Positions 1-8,166 of a stretch of DNA of 37,505 nucleotides are shown piece after piece (positions within the stretch are counted from its first letter, which is position 1; every line of letters starts with the position of its first letter). The DNA is taken from positions 1 to 37,505 of the forward strand of contig CALVQL010000003.1 of assembly GCA_944358235.1 (NCBI GenBank). Direction: 5' to 3'. The translations under genes were made by a program, and so were the position numbers. The DNA is from an uncultured Bacilli bacterium. GTDB lineage: Bacteria; Bacillota_I; Bacilli_A; RF39; UBA660. A model generated the notes under the pieces. It saw nothing but the letters and a program-made list of their open reading frames with translations. It was not told the origin of the DNA and did not search any database.

Positions 1-2106
1 GAAATAGGAGTAATTGCTAAGATAAAATCCAAAATAGAATTACCGAACGGTAATTTTAGAATCGTTTTACTCGGGTTGAACCGTGTCAAAGTCTATAACT
101 ATCAGAATTTTGAAAATAACCCAGAGATCCTCGAAAGCACCGTCAAACGCATTTATGTTGACGATGCTGATGAAGCTGCTGATACTGCCGTATTTCGTAC
201 TTTAAAGAATTTGATCGACAAATATATAAAAAAGAATCCAGCTGTTTCAAATAGTGTATCAAACGCTATAGCATCGATAACCGATTTGGACATGCTAACC
301 GATATTATTACGAATTTTCTACCTTTTGACGTCAAGAAAAAAGTTCGATATATGAACGAGTTTGACTATTTAGTTCGTGCTAATAATCTTATTAAAGAAT
401 TAAATGTCGAAATAGAAGTAATCGATCTCGAAGCAAAAATCGAAGACGAAATTCGCGATTCTTTCGAAAAGGATCAACGTGATTTTATCTTGAAACAGAA
501 GATCAGCAAGTTGAATGAGGAATTAGGAGTAAACGTCGATAAACAGACGGAAATAAATCTTTATAACGAAAAGATTGATTCTCTCGATTGTCCGGAACGT
601 ACGAAAAGACGTCTTTTGGATGAGGTTAGAAAATATTCGTATACATCCGATACTAATCCGGATTTATCGGTCATTAGAAACTATTTAGACACCGTTTTAA
701 ATTTGCCATGGAATACTTATTCTAAAGATGAAACCGATCTAAAAAAGATAAAACGTGCTCTCGATAAAAGTCATTTTGGCTTAGATGAAGTGAAAACTCG
801 TATTCTCGAATTCATGGCCATAAAGAAGAGTAATCCTGAAATAAATGCTCCGATAATTTGCTTGGTCGGACCACCGGGAACTGGTAAAACGACATTGGGT
901 TATTCTATCAGTAAAGCTTTGAATCGTGAATTTGAAAAAATAAGTGTCGGCGGACTTAACGATGCGACAGAATTGACTGGACATAAGAGGACGTACCTCG
1001 GAAGTTCTCCGGGAAAAATTATCCAAGCGATAAAAAAGTGTGGAACAGCTAATCCATTGATCTTAATCGACGAAGTGGATAAGATGGTTCGTGATTTTAA
1101 AGGCGATCCGTCAGCTGTTTTATTAGATATCCTCGATCCAAGTCAGAATAATCGTTTTGTCGATAATTACGTCGAGGAGCCTTTCGATCTTTCCAAAGTT
1201 TTATTTGTTCTTACGGCCAATGATTTAAAAAATATTCCAACACCATTGCGCGATCGTTTGGAAATTATCGAAATAAGTTCTTATACAGAATATGAAAAAC
1301 TCGATATTGCTAAAAAATATCTAATTCCCAATATAATTCGTGAATATAATTGTAAGAAGATTAAAATAACCGACGAAGCACTGATGAAGATAATTAACGA
1401 TTACACGAAGGAATCCGGAGTAAGAGGGTTAGATCGTGCATTAAAAAAGATTTTCCGCAACTTGATAATCAACGACTTTAAAGCGAAGAGTTTAAGTGTA
1501 GGACATATCACCGATATTTTAGGATTAGAAAAATATAACCTGCGCCATGATCATACCACTCATATCGGGACAGTTAATACTCTTGGTGTTACACCTTATG
1601 GCGGTATTATCATCAATATTGAATCTCTTTTAATACCTGGTTCGGGGAAACTAATTTTAACAGGGAATATTGAACGCACTATCGAGGAAAGTATCCAAGT
1701 CGCTATAAGTTATGTCAAATCTAATGCTAAGACATTTGGTATTGACCTAAAAAAAATGGAAAAAAGTGATATTCACTTTAATGCTTTGAATTACAGTGTA
1801 AAAAAAGATGGAACATCTGGGGGAATTGCTTTTGTAACCGCCTTGATATCACTTCTTTCTTCTCAAGAGGTAAGTTATGATGTCGGATTTACTGGCGAAA
1901 TTACTTTACACGGAGATATCGTTAAAGTCGGCGGAATAAAGGAAAAAATTATCGGGGCTTATAATAATGGATTTACTAAAATTTATATTCCGCTAGAAAA
2001 TAAGAACGATTTAGCAAACATTCCCGATGATATAAAGAATAATATGATTATTCGTTGTGTTTCTCATTATCTTGAAATATATGAAGATTTGTTTGAAAAA
2101 GCATAA
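1..2106 (+). CDS. lon: ATP-dependent Lon protease, 5'-truncated by the window edge
   Basis: Frame is open from base 1 (EIGVIAKIKSKIELPNGNFRIVLLGLNRV...). Walker A GPPGTGKT, Walker B LILIDEVDK, HFGLDEVKTRILEF, protease-domain KDGTSGG, GFTGEITLHG and VGGIKEK. Confidence 0.96.
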   Translation, partial: EIGVIAKIKSKIELPNGNFRIVLLGLNRVKVYNYQNFENNPEILESTVKRIYVDDADEAADTAVFRTLKNLIDKYIKKNPAVSNSVSNAIASITDLDMLTDIITNFLPFDVKKKVRYMNEFDYLVRANNLIKELNVEIEVIDLEAKIEDEIRDSFEKDQRDFILKQKISKLNEELGVNVDKQTEINLYNEKIDSLDCPERTKRRLLDEVRKYSYTSDTNPDLSVIRNYLDTVLNLPWNTYSKDETDLKKIKRALDKSHFGLDEVKTRILEFMAIKKSNPEINAPIICLVGPPGTGKTTLGYSISKALNREFEKISVGGLNDATELTGHKRTYLGSSPGKIIQAIKKCGTANPLILIDEVDKMVRDFKGDPSAVLLDILDPSQNNRFVDNYVEEPFDLSKVLFVLTANDLKNIPTPLRDRLEIIEISSYTEYEKLDIAKKYLIPNIIREYNCKKIKITDEALMKIINDYTKESGVRGLDRALKKIFRNLIINDFKAKSLSVGHITDILGLEKYNLRHDHTTHIGTVNTLGVTPYGGIIINIESLLIPGSGKLILTGNIERTIEESIQVAISYVKSNAKTFGIDLKKMEKSDIHFNALNYSVKKDGTSGGIAFVTALISLLSSQEVSYDVGFTGEITLHGDIVKVGGIKEKIIGAYNNGFTKIYIPLENKNDLANIPDDIKNNMIIRCVSHYLEIYEDLFEKA

Positions 2107-2129
2107 ATGGTTAGCATTTGTGCTTTTTT
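2101..2129 (+). terminator. Rho-independent terminator after lon
   Basis: GCATAAATG-gttag-CATTTGTGC stem (one G-U pair) followed by T6. Confidence 0.75.
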
Positions 2130-2161
2130 AATGCATATTATTTGTTAGAAAGGAAATTATT

Positions 2162-2869
2162 ATGAAAGAAAAAATAATATTTAATCACGACTTACTTTTT
2201 AAAAATAACATTGCCGAAATATCGAGTATCAGTCTTGAGTGTTTTTATGATGTCAAGGGAAACGATATCAATGGTCATTTTATGATAACTGGATCATACC
2301 GTAGTCATGAAATATCGTTAAATAAAGAAGGCTTCGAATTTAAAGTGCCATTTACTTACACATTTAAAGAAGATATCGAATCCGATACCGCTTCCGTAAA
2401 CGTTAAGGACTTTACTTACACAATCGACGGTGATGTCTTATCTATAAACGTCGAATATGAAGCCGCGGCCGAAAAGAAAGATATCCAAGTATTTGAAGAA
2501 AAAGAGGAATTTGATCGCTTCTTGCGTGAACATGAAGTAGATCTTGATTATCTAACTCAAGCGGAAAGTAAGGTAGAAGAAGATGCTGTAGTTATAGAAC
2601 CATCTACTGTGGCAGATATCCCATGTGAAGTAGAAGATAATGTTAAGGAAGAATCCGAAAATCGTTCTGCAACTGAATCGATCATAAATGATATCGATGC
2701 TCGTGAGGACACTTATATAACGTACCATATTCACATTTGCGATGAATCGGATTCGGTCGATAGTATTGCTACTAAATACAATATTACAAAGGATATTATA
2801 AAAAGTTATAATTCTATCGATCAAGTCGAGGCCGGGATGAAAGTAATTATTCCGTGCCCAGATGAATAG
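2162..2869 (+). CDS. spoVID: SpoVID-like spore coat morphogenetic protein (SPOCS-like N-terminus, short acidic linker, C-terminal LysM)
   Basis: N-terminal IAEISSISLE...INGHFMITGSY...VKDFTYTI, acidic middle, C-terminal LysM (HICDESDSVDSIATKYNIT...VEAGMKVIIP). Directly upstream of a ysxE-like gene, as in Bacillus. RBS AAGGA. Confidence 0.75.
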   Translation: MKEKIIFNHDLLFKNNIAEISSISLECFYDVKGNDINGHFMITGSYRSHEISLNKEGFEFKVPFTYTFKEDIESDTASVNVKDFTYTIDGDVLSINVEYEAAAEKKDIQVFEEKEEFDRFLREHEVDLDYLTQAESKVEEDAVVIEPSTVADIPCEVEDNVKEESENRSATESIINDIDAREDTYITYHIHICDESDSVDSIATKYNITKDIIKSYNSIDQVEAGMKVIIPCPDE

Positions 2870-3701
2870 AATTGAAAAACGTGGAAAAGTAACGATAATC
2901 GATTCGCGTGTCGTTTTGAAAGATGAGCCAGCTTTAAACGATCTCGAGAATTATTTGCTGTCTCGTGATTTTTCTTATTTTATCCCCGTAAGTGAGCGCG
3001 AAGACGGCAAGAACAAATATGAATATGTCGCCGATTTTAGTTTAAGTGATGATCAAAAAGCTGAAGACATGATTAAAACTCTGGCTTTATTGCATAATAA
3101 AACTTCTTATATAAAAGAAGTTAGTGAAGATAAATTTAAGGAAATATACGATAACATCAGTGGATATATAAATTATGTCGATGATTATTATCATGAAAAA
3201 TTACGAACTATCGAATATGTTGCTTTTCCATCGCCGAGTGAGATGCTTTTTATGAGCAATTACACAAAAATAAGTGACGCCCTCAATTTTGATCGTGCAG
3301 AGTTAGAGAATTGGTATAAGCTCGTCAAAAACAAGCATAAAGAACGCGTTTGTTTGAATCATGGCGATATGCGCTTATCTCATGTTATCGTCAATGATAA
3401 GCCGTATTTTATAAATTGGAAAAACAAATCCTTTGATAGTCCGGTTATCGATCTCGTTAAATTATATGAAAATGAATGGGAACACCTGGAATTTGAAACG
3501 CTATTTGAAGACTATTTTTCACGATGTGAACTGACTGATGAAGAAAAAAAACTTCTCTTCATAACAATTTCGATTCCGAAGATAATAAATTCATCACCTG
3601 ATGAGTTAACAGCGACAGTTCTTATGCGTAAGACGATCGACTATCTATATAAGACAGAACGTTTAATAGGGCCATATTATACGAAAAAACAAGAAGAATA
3701 A
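2862..3701 (+). CDS. ysxE: YsxE/CotS-family spore coat kinase-like (APH fold) protein
   Basis: LALLHNKT and CLNHGDMRLSHVI...YFINW...DSPVIDL motifs. Overlaps the end of the spoVID-like gene. Confidence 0.75.
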   Translation: MNRIEKRGKVTIIDSRVVLKDEPALNDLENYLLSRDFSYFIPVSEREDGKNKYEYVADFSLSDDQKAEDMIKTLALLHNKTSYIKEVSEDKFKEIYDNISGYINYVDDYYHEKLRTIEYVAFPSPSEMLFMSNYTKISDALNFDRAELENWYKLVKNKHKERVCLNHGDMRLSHVIVNDKPYFINWKNKSFDSPVIDLVKLYENEWEHLEFETLFEDYFSRCELTDEEKKLLFITISIPKIINSSPDELTATVLMRKTIDYLYKTERLIGPYYTKKQEE

Positions 3702-3848
3702 GACAGATATTTCGACTAATAATATGAAAAGGTTTATTCTAAGTGGCAAAAATAGAGTTATGATAATTTGATAGAAGATCAAACAAGATAAAATTAGTAT
3801 TCCTATAATTGCTATAATACCGCCACCAGGTCTTTTATTTGGACACAT
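3663..3848 (-). CDS. Small (61 aa) two-TM membrane protein of unknown function
   Basis: AGGTGA RBS 4 nt before ATG on the minus strand. Two hydrophobic stretches. Fills an otherwise empty gap; its 3' end overlaps ysxE convergently. Confidence 0.6.
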   Translation of the reverse strand: MCPNKRPGGGIIAIIGILILSCLIFYQIIITLFLPLRINLFILLVEISVLFFLFFRIIWPY

Positions 3849-3863
3849 AACATCACCTATTAT

Positions 3864-3892
3864 AGTTTATGTTTGAGTAAAATATTTGTTAT
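3864..3892 (-). promoter_or_regulatory. Putative sigma-E-type promoter for the small membrane protein gene
   Basis: Minus strand ATA-N18-CATAAACT just upstream of the RBS, resembling the sigma-E consensus ATA-N16-18-CATACA-T. Confidence 0.35.
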
Positions 3893-3894
3893 TT

Positions 3895-3916
3895 AAAGAC
3901 AGAAATGTCTTTTTTT
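3895..3916 (+). terminator. Rho-independent terminator (spoVID-ysxE unit)
   Basis: AAAGACA-gaaa-TGTCTTT plus T tract. Confidence 0.65.
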
Positions 3917-3917
3917 G

Positions 3918-3946
3918 TTGTAATAAAAGTAGAATTATTCTATAAT
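3918..3946 (+). promoter_or_regulatory. Sigma-A promoter of the three-prepilin operon
   Basis: TTGTAA-N17-TATAAT, followed by RBS GGAGAGG. Confidence 0.65.
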
Positions 3947-3970
3947 TATATTTAGAATAGGAGAGGTTAT

Positions 3971-4954
3971 ATGAAGAGGGATGGGTTTATAGCATCAAGC
4001 ATTCTATATTCGTTTTTTTTGGTGTTTATTACTCTCTTTATAGCATTAATCATAAATTATATTCACAATCAGGTTTTAATCAACACTTTAGATGAAGCTT
4101 CTTGGGAAATGCTTTTGGGGATTAACAATACAAAGATTTCCGATCTTGAAGTAGGGGAGCATATTAAATTTGCTATGCAACCAGGACAACAAATTATGAA
4201 TGAAAATGCGACATGGACAGTAGCTTATATCGAAGAAAACGGGGATGACTTGACATATTATTTTTTAAGTGATCTTACAGCTCAGAATCTTGATGTATAT
4301 TATAAGTTGACGACGGATCGTATTATAAAATGGCACCCGATAACGATTGACGTTTACAACGATCTTCAAAGTCAAAATGCATATAATGCAGCGGTGTTAT
4401 ATCCTGGGGTAACGGTTACGGTGCCGACAACTAGCATTATGGAAAAAGTTCGTGCTCAAGATTTGAGCGGTAACGTATTTGATGCAATTTATGGTGTCGA
4501 CGGCGATTATATCGTCTATGTCGACAATGATACAGCAGCATATACAAAAGATCGTTATTATGAAGTTCGCACATATCGATTTGACCAGACAAATCAATCT
4601 ATATTAAATAGCTATTGTAATGGTACTTTCAACGGAGATATCGCTAGCTATAACGCTAATAATACTTTTGGGTATATGAATGTCGTAAGAGAGTCGGTAA
4701 AAAACGAAAAATATGTCGATTACTGCTCATATGCAAGCCCTGTTGCTTATACGCATTCAGCGAGCGATAATGTCGTTGACTATGACGAAAATGCAACAGA
4801 AGGTGACTTAGTAGTAACTACATATACATCACTTTACACGTTACGATTAATGGCTAGTGTAACAGTAAACAGAAACGATACTGATACATATCTTGCCGGT
4901 GGTAAGGGAACATCTTTGGATCCATATCTATTGACGAATGGAGTGAAGCAATAA
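3971..4954 (+). CDS. Type IV minor pilin-like protein lacking Glu5 (GspK/PilX/ComGG-like class)
   Basis: MKRDG|FIASSILYSFFLVFITLFIALII: basic leader, Gly-Phe cleavage site, hydrophobic helix, no E at +5. Large extracellular domain ending in GKGTSLDPY. Confidence 0.65.
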   Translation: MKRDGFIASSILYSFFLVFITLFIALIINYIHNQVLINTLDEASWEMLLGINNTKISDLEVGEHIKFAMQPGQQIMNENATWTVAYIEENGDDLTYYFLSDLTAQNLDVYYKLTTDRIIKWHPITIDVYNDLQSQNAYNAAVLYPGVTVTVPTTSIMEKVRAQDLSGNVFDAIYGVDGDYIVYVDNDTAAYTKDRYYEVRTYRFDQTNQSILNSYCNGTFNGDIASYNANNTFGYMNVVRESVKNEKYVDYCSYASPVAYTHSASDNVVDYDENATEGDLVVTTYTSLYTLRLMASVTVNRNDTDTYLAGGKGTSLDPYLLTNGVKQ

Positions 4955-5502
4955 TGAGAAAGAAAAATGGTTTTGTTTTTATGGAAACAGTGGTCGTTGT
5001 TGGAGTTCTATCGATAACTCTATTGATGCTATTTGGTTCGTATTCATTCTTGCTTCGCAAATCGCGTGAACGAAATACTTATGATACAACGGAGATGATT
5101 TATAAGACTTATTACGTTAAAGAAATAATCGACAGTTATAAACCAACCGGAAATAACTCGATAGGTATTGAATATTTCATCGATTCCCACCCGAGTTTCT
5201 GCTCACAAATGGGAAGCTTTAATAGCTATGTTTGTGATCTTAGTAGCAATCCTGCTGATTTACTACAGGTTAAAATGGCTTTTGAAGTCGAGAAAATCTA
5301 TTATTTAAATCCACGTGAAATTTTGACTTCGTCTCAAAGTGATGCTTGGTTAAGCATGTTCGATGCAACGACTATTGATTATATTCATAATCTTGGCGAA
5401 AGTATTGACTATAATGTAATGGTCGTAAAATACAAGAAGACGTATAATAAGACGGATGGATCTTATGAAGTCATTCACTCTTCGATGGAGGTGACATCAT
5501 AA
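4954..5502 (+). CDS. Type IV prepilin-like (minor pilin) protein
   Basis: MRKKNG|FVFMETVVVVGVLSITLLMLF class III signal with E5. One Cys pair. TAATG overlap with the upstream gene. Confidence 0.8.
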   Translation: MRKKNGFVFMETVVVVGVLSITLLMLFGSYSFLLRKSRERNTYDTTEMIYKTYYVKEIIDSYKPTGNNSIGIEYFIDSHPSFCSQMGSFNSYVCDLSSNPADLLQVKMAFEVEKIYYLNPREILTSSQSDAWLSMFDATTIDYIHNLGESIDYNVMVVKYKKTYNKTDGSYEVIHSSMEVTS

Positions 5503-6254
5503 TGAAGAAAAATAGTGGTATGACGATTATCGAGATTATTTTGAGTATTTGTATAATCGCAATCGTCTTAGTACTCTTATTTACAATGCTCATCCAAGTT
5601 CGTCATCAAGATGATAACAATAATATTCAATCTAATTTTATAATTAATCAATCTACTTTTATTAAAGCCGTTGAAGAGGATATTGTCAATTATGGTGTCA
5701 AATCGATCGGTTCTTGTACTTTAGCAGACGCTAATATCTCGACATCGGTTGTAACTGGATATGAAGATGACTATAAATGTGTTCGTATTGAATATGCTGC
5801 AGATTATATACAAGATAAAGTCGGTTATTTGATTATCTATAATTACTATACCAAATACGATGTTATTGATGGGGAGTATCAGGGATATGAACCGTCTTGG
5901 ATGGTTCAATATGTTCGTGGATCTTACGGTGTATGTAACAATGGCCGTCCACAGAGAACTTCTTGGGTTAACGCAACTTCTTTGATGCGTGAGTTACCTA
6001 GTGAAGTCGATTTGAGTGAAACGCCTTATGTATTATATACTGCTATGGATTCAAATCGTTATAATGCCGCATCAGTAGTTATCCCAATTGTCAATCTTGA
6101 AGGGGAACACTATGATATAAATCTTTCCTTCACTTTCCAAGGTAATAGTAATTTTACTTGCGGTGAAAAAGAGGGAAGTCTTGAATGTATTTGTACTAGT
6201 TCTGATGCCCTATGTGCACCAACAAAGAATAATTATTCCGATGCCTGCACATAA
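5502..6254 (+). CDS. Type IV prepilin-like (minor pilin) protein with Cys-rich C-terminus
   Basis: MKKNSG|MTIIEIILSICIIAIVLVLLF class III signal with E5. TAATG overlap. Confidence 0.8.
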   Translation: MKKNSGMTIIEIILSICIIAIVLVLLFTMLIQVRHQDDNNNIQSNFIINQSTFIKAVEEDIVNYGVKSIGSCTLADANISTSVVTGYEDDYKCVRIEYAADYIQDKVGYLIIYNYYTKYDVIDGEYQGYEPSWMVQYVRGSYGVCNNGRPQRTSWVNATSLMRELPSEVDLSETPYVLYTAMDSNRYNAASVVIPIVNLEGEHYDINLSFTFQGNSNFTCGEKEGSLECICTSSDALCAPTKNNYSDACT

Positions 6255-7061
6255 AAGACGACTTAGATAAAAATATCTATAATTAATTTTAGTATCCTTA
6301 AGGATACTTTTTATTTGGCTATGAATACTGATTCCACCAAAAGATATAAAAATGATAGCGAGCATGTCATGAATAAATGTCGAACTAATCGTTTTTATAA
6401 CAGTCAAACCATTTGTAACTTCCAAAATACCGGTTATTATTATTCGTAAAAAATGGTTATGAACGGGAATTAGATTTGCAAGAATTGTAAATATAGTAAT
6501 CGTTCCAAGAATCATCAATAAAAGATCTATATTCTTATCGATTGACTTACTGAGTCTGAAATCGATATCGATTTCTTTAAACGGTATATTGCTTGGACAT
6601 AGACTTTTTCTCATGATCAATCCGACTAGTAAATTACTTATCCAAATAATGAATAGTACTCTTTTGCCCGCTAAAGTGATAATCAGGAGGGGATTGAAGA
6701 AGACTGTCATTGAAAGTGTTTTGACGATATCGTCCTCGTTTACAAGCCCCTTCTTATAAAGTGTATACAAATTTATTGCATTAGTCGGCGTTCCAGAAAG
6801 AAAACTGAGCAATAATACATAGGCAGAATACTCGCTTACTCGAAATAGCCGTTTTATTATTTTGCCTAAATGACGAGATATATCGTTGATTATTCCAGAA
6901 GACAGCACAAGATCATTGATGATGAATGTTGGAAATAAAACAGGAAACAAATTTTGACACCAAATATTAAGAGCGGTGATACCACTAGTAACAACAATGT
7001 CTTTTTTTATAAAAAAAAGGACAAAAAAGCCAATAATTATCAATTTTCTCATATTTTTCAT
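6210..7061 (-). CDS. ylbJ: YlbJ-like sporulation integral membrane protein (start may be 7052)
   Basis: ALNIWCQNLFPVLFPTFII, SFLSGTP, GILEVTNG and ISFGGISIHSQI motifs. Divergent from ylbL, as in Bacillus. Confidence 0.8.
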   Translation of the reverse strand: MKNMRKLIIIGFFVLFFIKKDIVVTSGITALNIWCQNLFPVLFPTFIINDLVLSSGIINDISRHLGKIIKRLFRVSEYSAYVLLLSFLSGTPTNAINLYTLYKKGLVNEDDIVKTLSMTVFFNPLLIITLAGKRVLFIIWISNLLVGLIMRKSLCPSNIPFKEIDIDFRLSKSIDKNIDLLLMILGTITIFTILANLIPVHNHFLRIIITGILEVTNGLTVIKTISSTFIHDMLAIIFISFGGISIHSQIKSILKDTKINYRYFYLSRLLCAGIGIIILCWCT

Positions 7062-7095
7062 TCTCTAATGATATAATTTTCATAGTGGTGATACT

Positions 7096-8100
7096 ATGTT
7101 TAATAAACTATATACACGATTCAAGAATTTTATTAAAGGGAATTATAAATTTCTTATCTTTTTAGTCGTCTTTACCGTAGCTATGACAGTCCGTCTTCCT
7201 TGGAGTATATATGCTCCTGGAGGAACAATTGATGTTAGAGAAAGAATGACAGGAGACATAAAAGATAAGGAAGGGTCCTTATATTTAACCTATGTATCAT
7301 TTATAGAAGGAACTATTCCAACTTTGCTACTAGCTAATATCCTTCCGGAATGGGATATAATCAGCAATGCCGATTTAACTCTTGAAGGTGAAGAATTCAA
7401 CGATTCGCTTGTTCGAGATCGCATCTATCTTTATGAATCGGTAAGTAACGCGACGTATGTTGCTTATACTGCTGCTGAACAGAGCATCGATATTGAGAAT
7501 ACAAAAAATTACGTGACATATATTCTTGACGATGCCATAACTGATTTGCAAGTTGGCGATATTATTTTATCATATAACGAGATTCCGTTTAGCGAATTTG
7601 AGCAATTTCAAGAGTATATAGGTAATCAAGAAATTGGAGATAGGATCGATCTTCTCGTCGAACGTAATGGAAAAGAGATTAATTGTTATGCCGAGATTAT
7701 TGAAATAACGGATCTTAAAAAGATCGGTCTTACAATCTCCACCGTCTATGACTTTTCGAAGAATCCTGATATAACGTATTCTTATGATACTTCGGAATCC
7801 GGTTCATCTGGCGGACTTATGCTGACCCTATCATTTTACAATTCATTAATCGATGAAGATATAACTGGTGGAAAAAAGATTAGTGGAACGGGCACGATCG
7901 ATCTCGATGGCAATGTCGGTGAAATAGGGGGAGTAAAGTACAAACTTGCTGGTGCAGTTCGCGAGGGAAGTGATGTTTTTATCGTTCCAAGTGATAACTA
8001 TAAAGAGGCAAAAAAAGTCAAGGAAGAGCATGATTATGATATCGAACTAATCGAAGCTATTACGTTCGATCAAGTCTTAGAAGAATTAAAAAAATTATAA
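7096..8100 (+). CDS. ylbL: YlbL-family membrane-anchored PDZ/Lon-like (S16) serine protease
   Basis: N-terminal TM, PWSIYAPGG, PDZ (LQVGDIIL), SGSSGGLMLTL, ISGTGTIDLDGNVGEIGGVKYK. Confidence 0.88.
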   Translation: MFNKLYTRFKNFIKGNYKFLIFLVVFTVAMTVRLPWSIYAPGGTIDVRERMTGDIKDKEGSLYLTYVSFIEGTIPTLLLANILPEWDIISNADLTLEGEEFNDSLVRDRIYLYESVSNATYVAYTAAEQSIDIENTKNYVTYILDDAITDLQVGDIILSYNEIPFSEFEQFQEYIGNQEIGDRIDLLVERNGKEINCYAEIIEITDLKKIGLTISTVYDFSKNPDITYSYDTSESGSSGGLMLTLSFYNSLIDEDITGGKKISGTGTIDLDGNVGEIGGVKYKLAGAVREGSDVFIVPSDNYKEAKKVKEEHDYDIELIEAITFDQVLEELKKL

Positions 8101-8124
8101 AAAAGGGATGAATTTCTCTTTTTT
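8097..8124 (+). terminator. Probable terminator after ylbL
   Basis: AAAAAAGGGA-tgaat-TTCTCTTTTTT imperfect stem with T tract. Confidence 0.5.
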
Positions 8125-8166
8125 AATTTTAATAAATTTTATATAATATTTAAGCAAGGTGGTATT

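Noticed and set aside
3971-6254. Calling the prepilin trio a comG competence operon
   Set aside because: There is no adjacent comGA/comGB, the proteins are larger than ComGD-GG, and only a plain sigma-A promoter is seen. A role in DNA uptake is not excluded but is unsupported.
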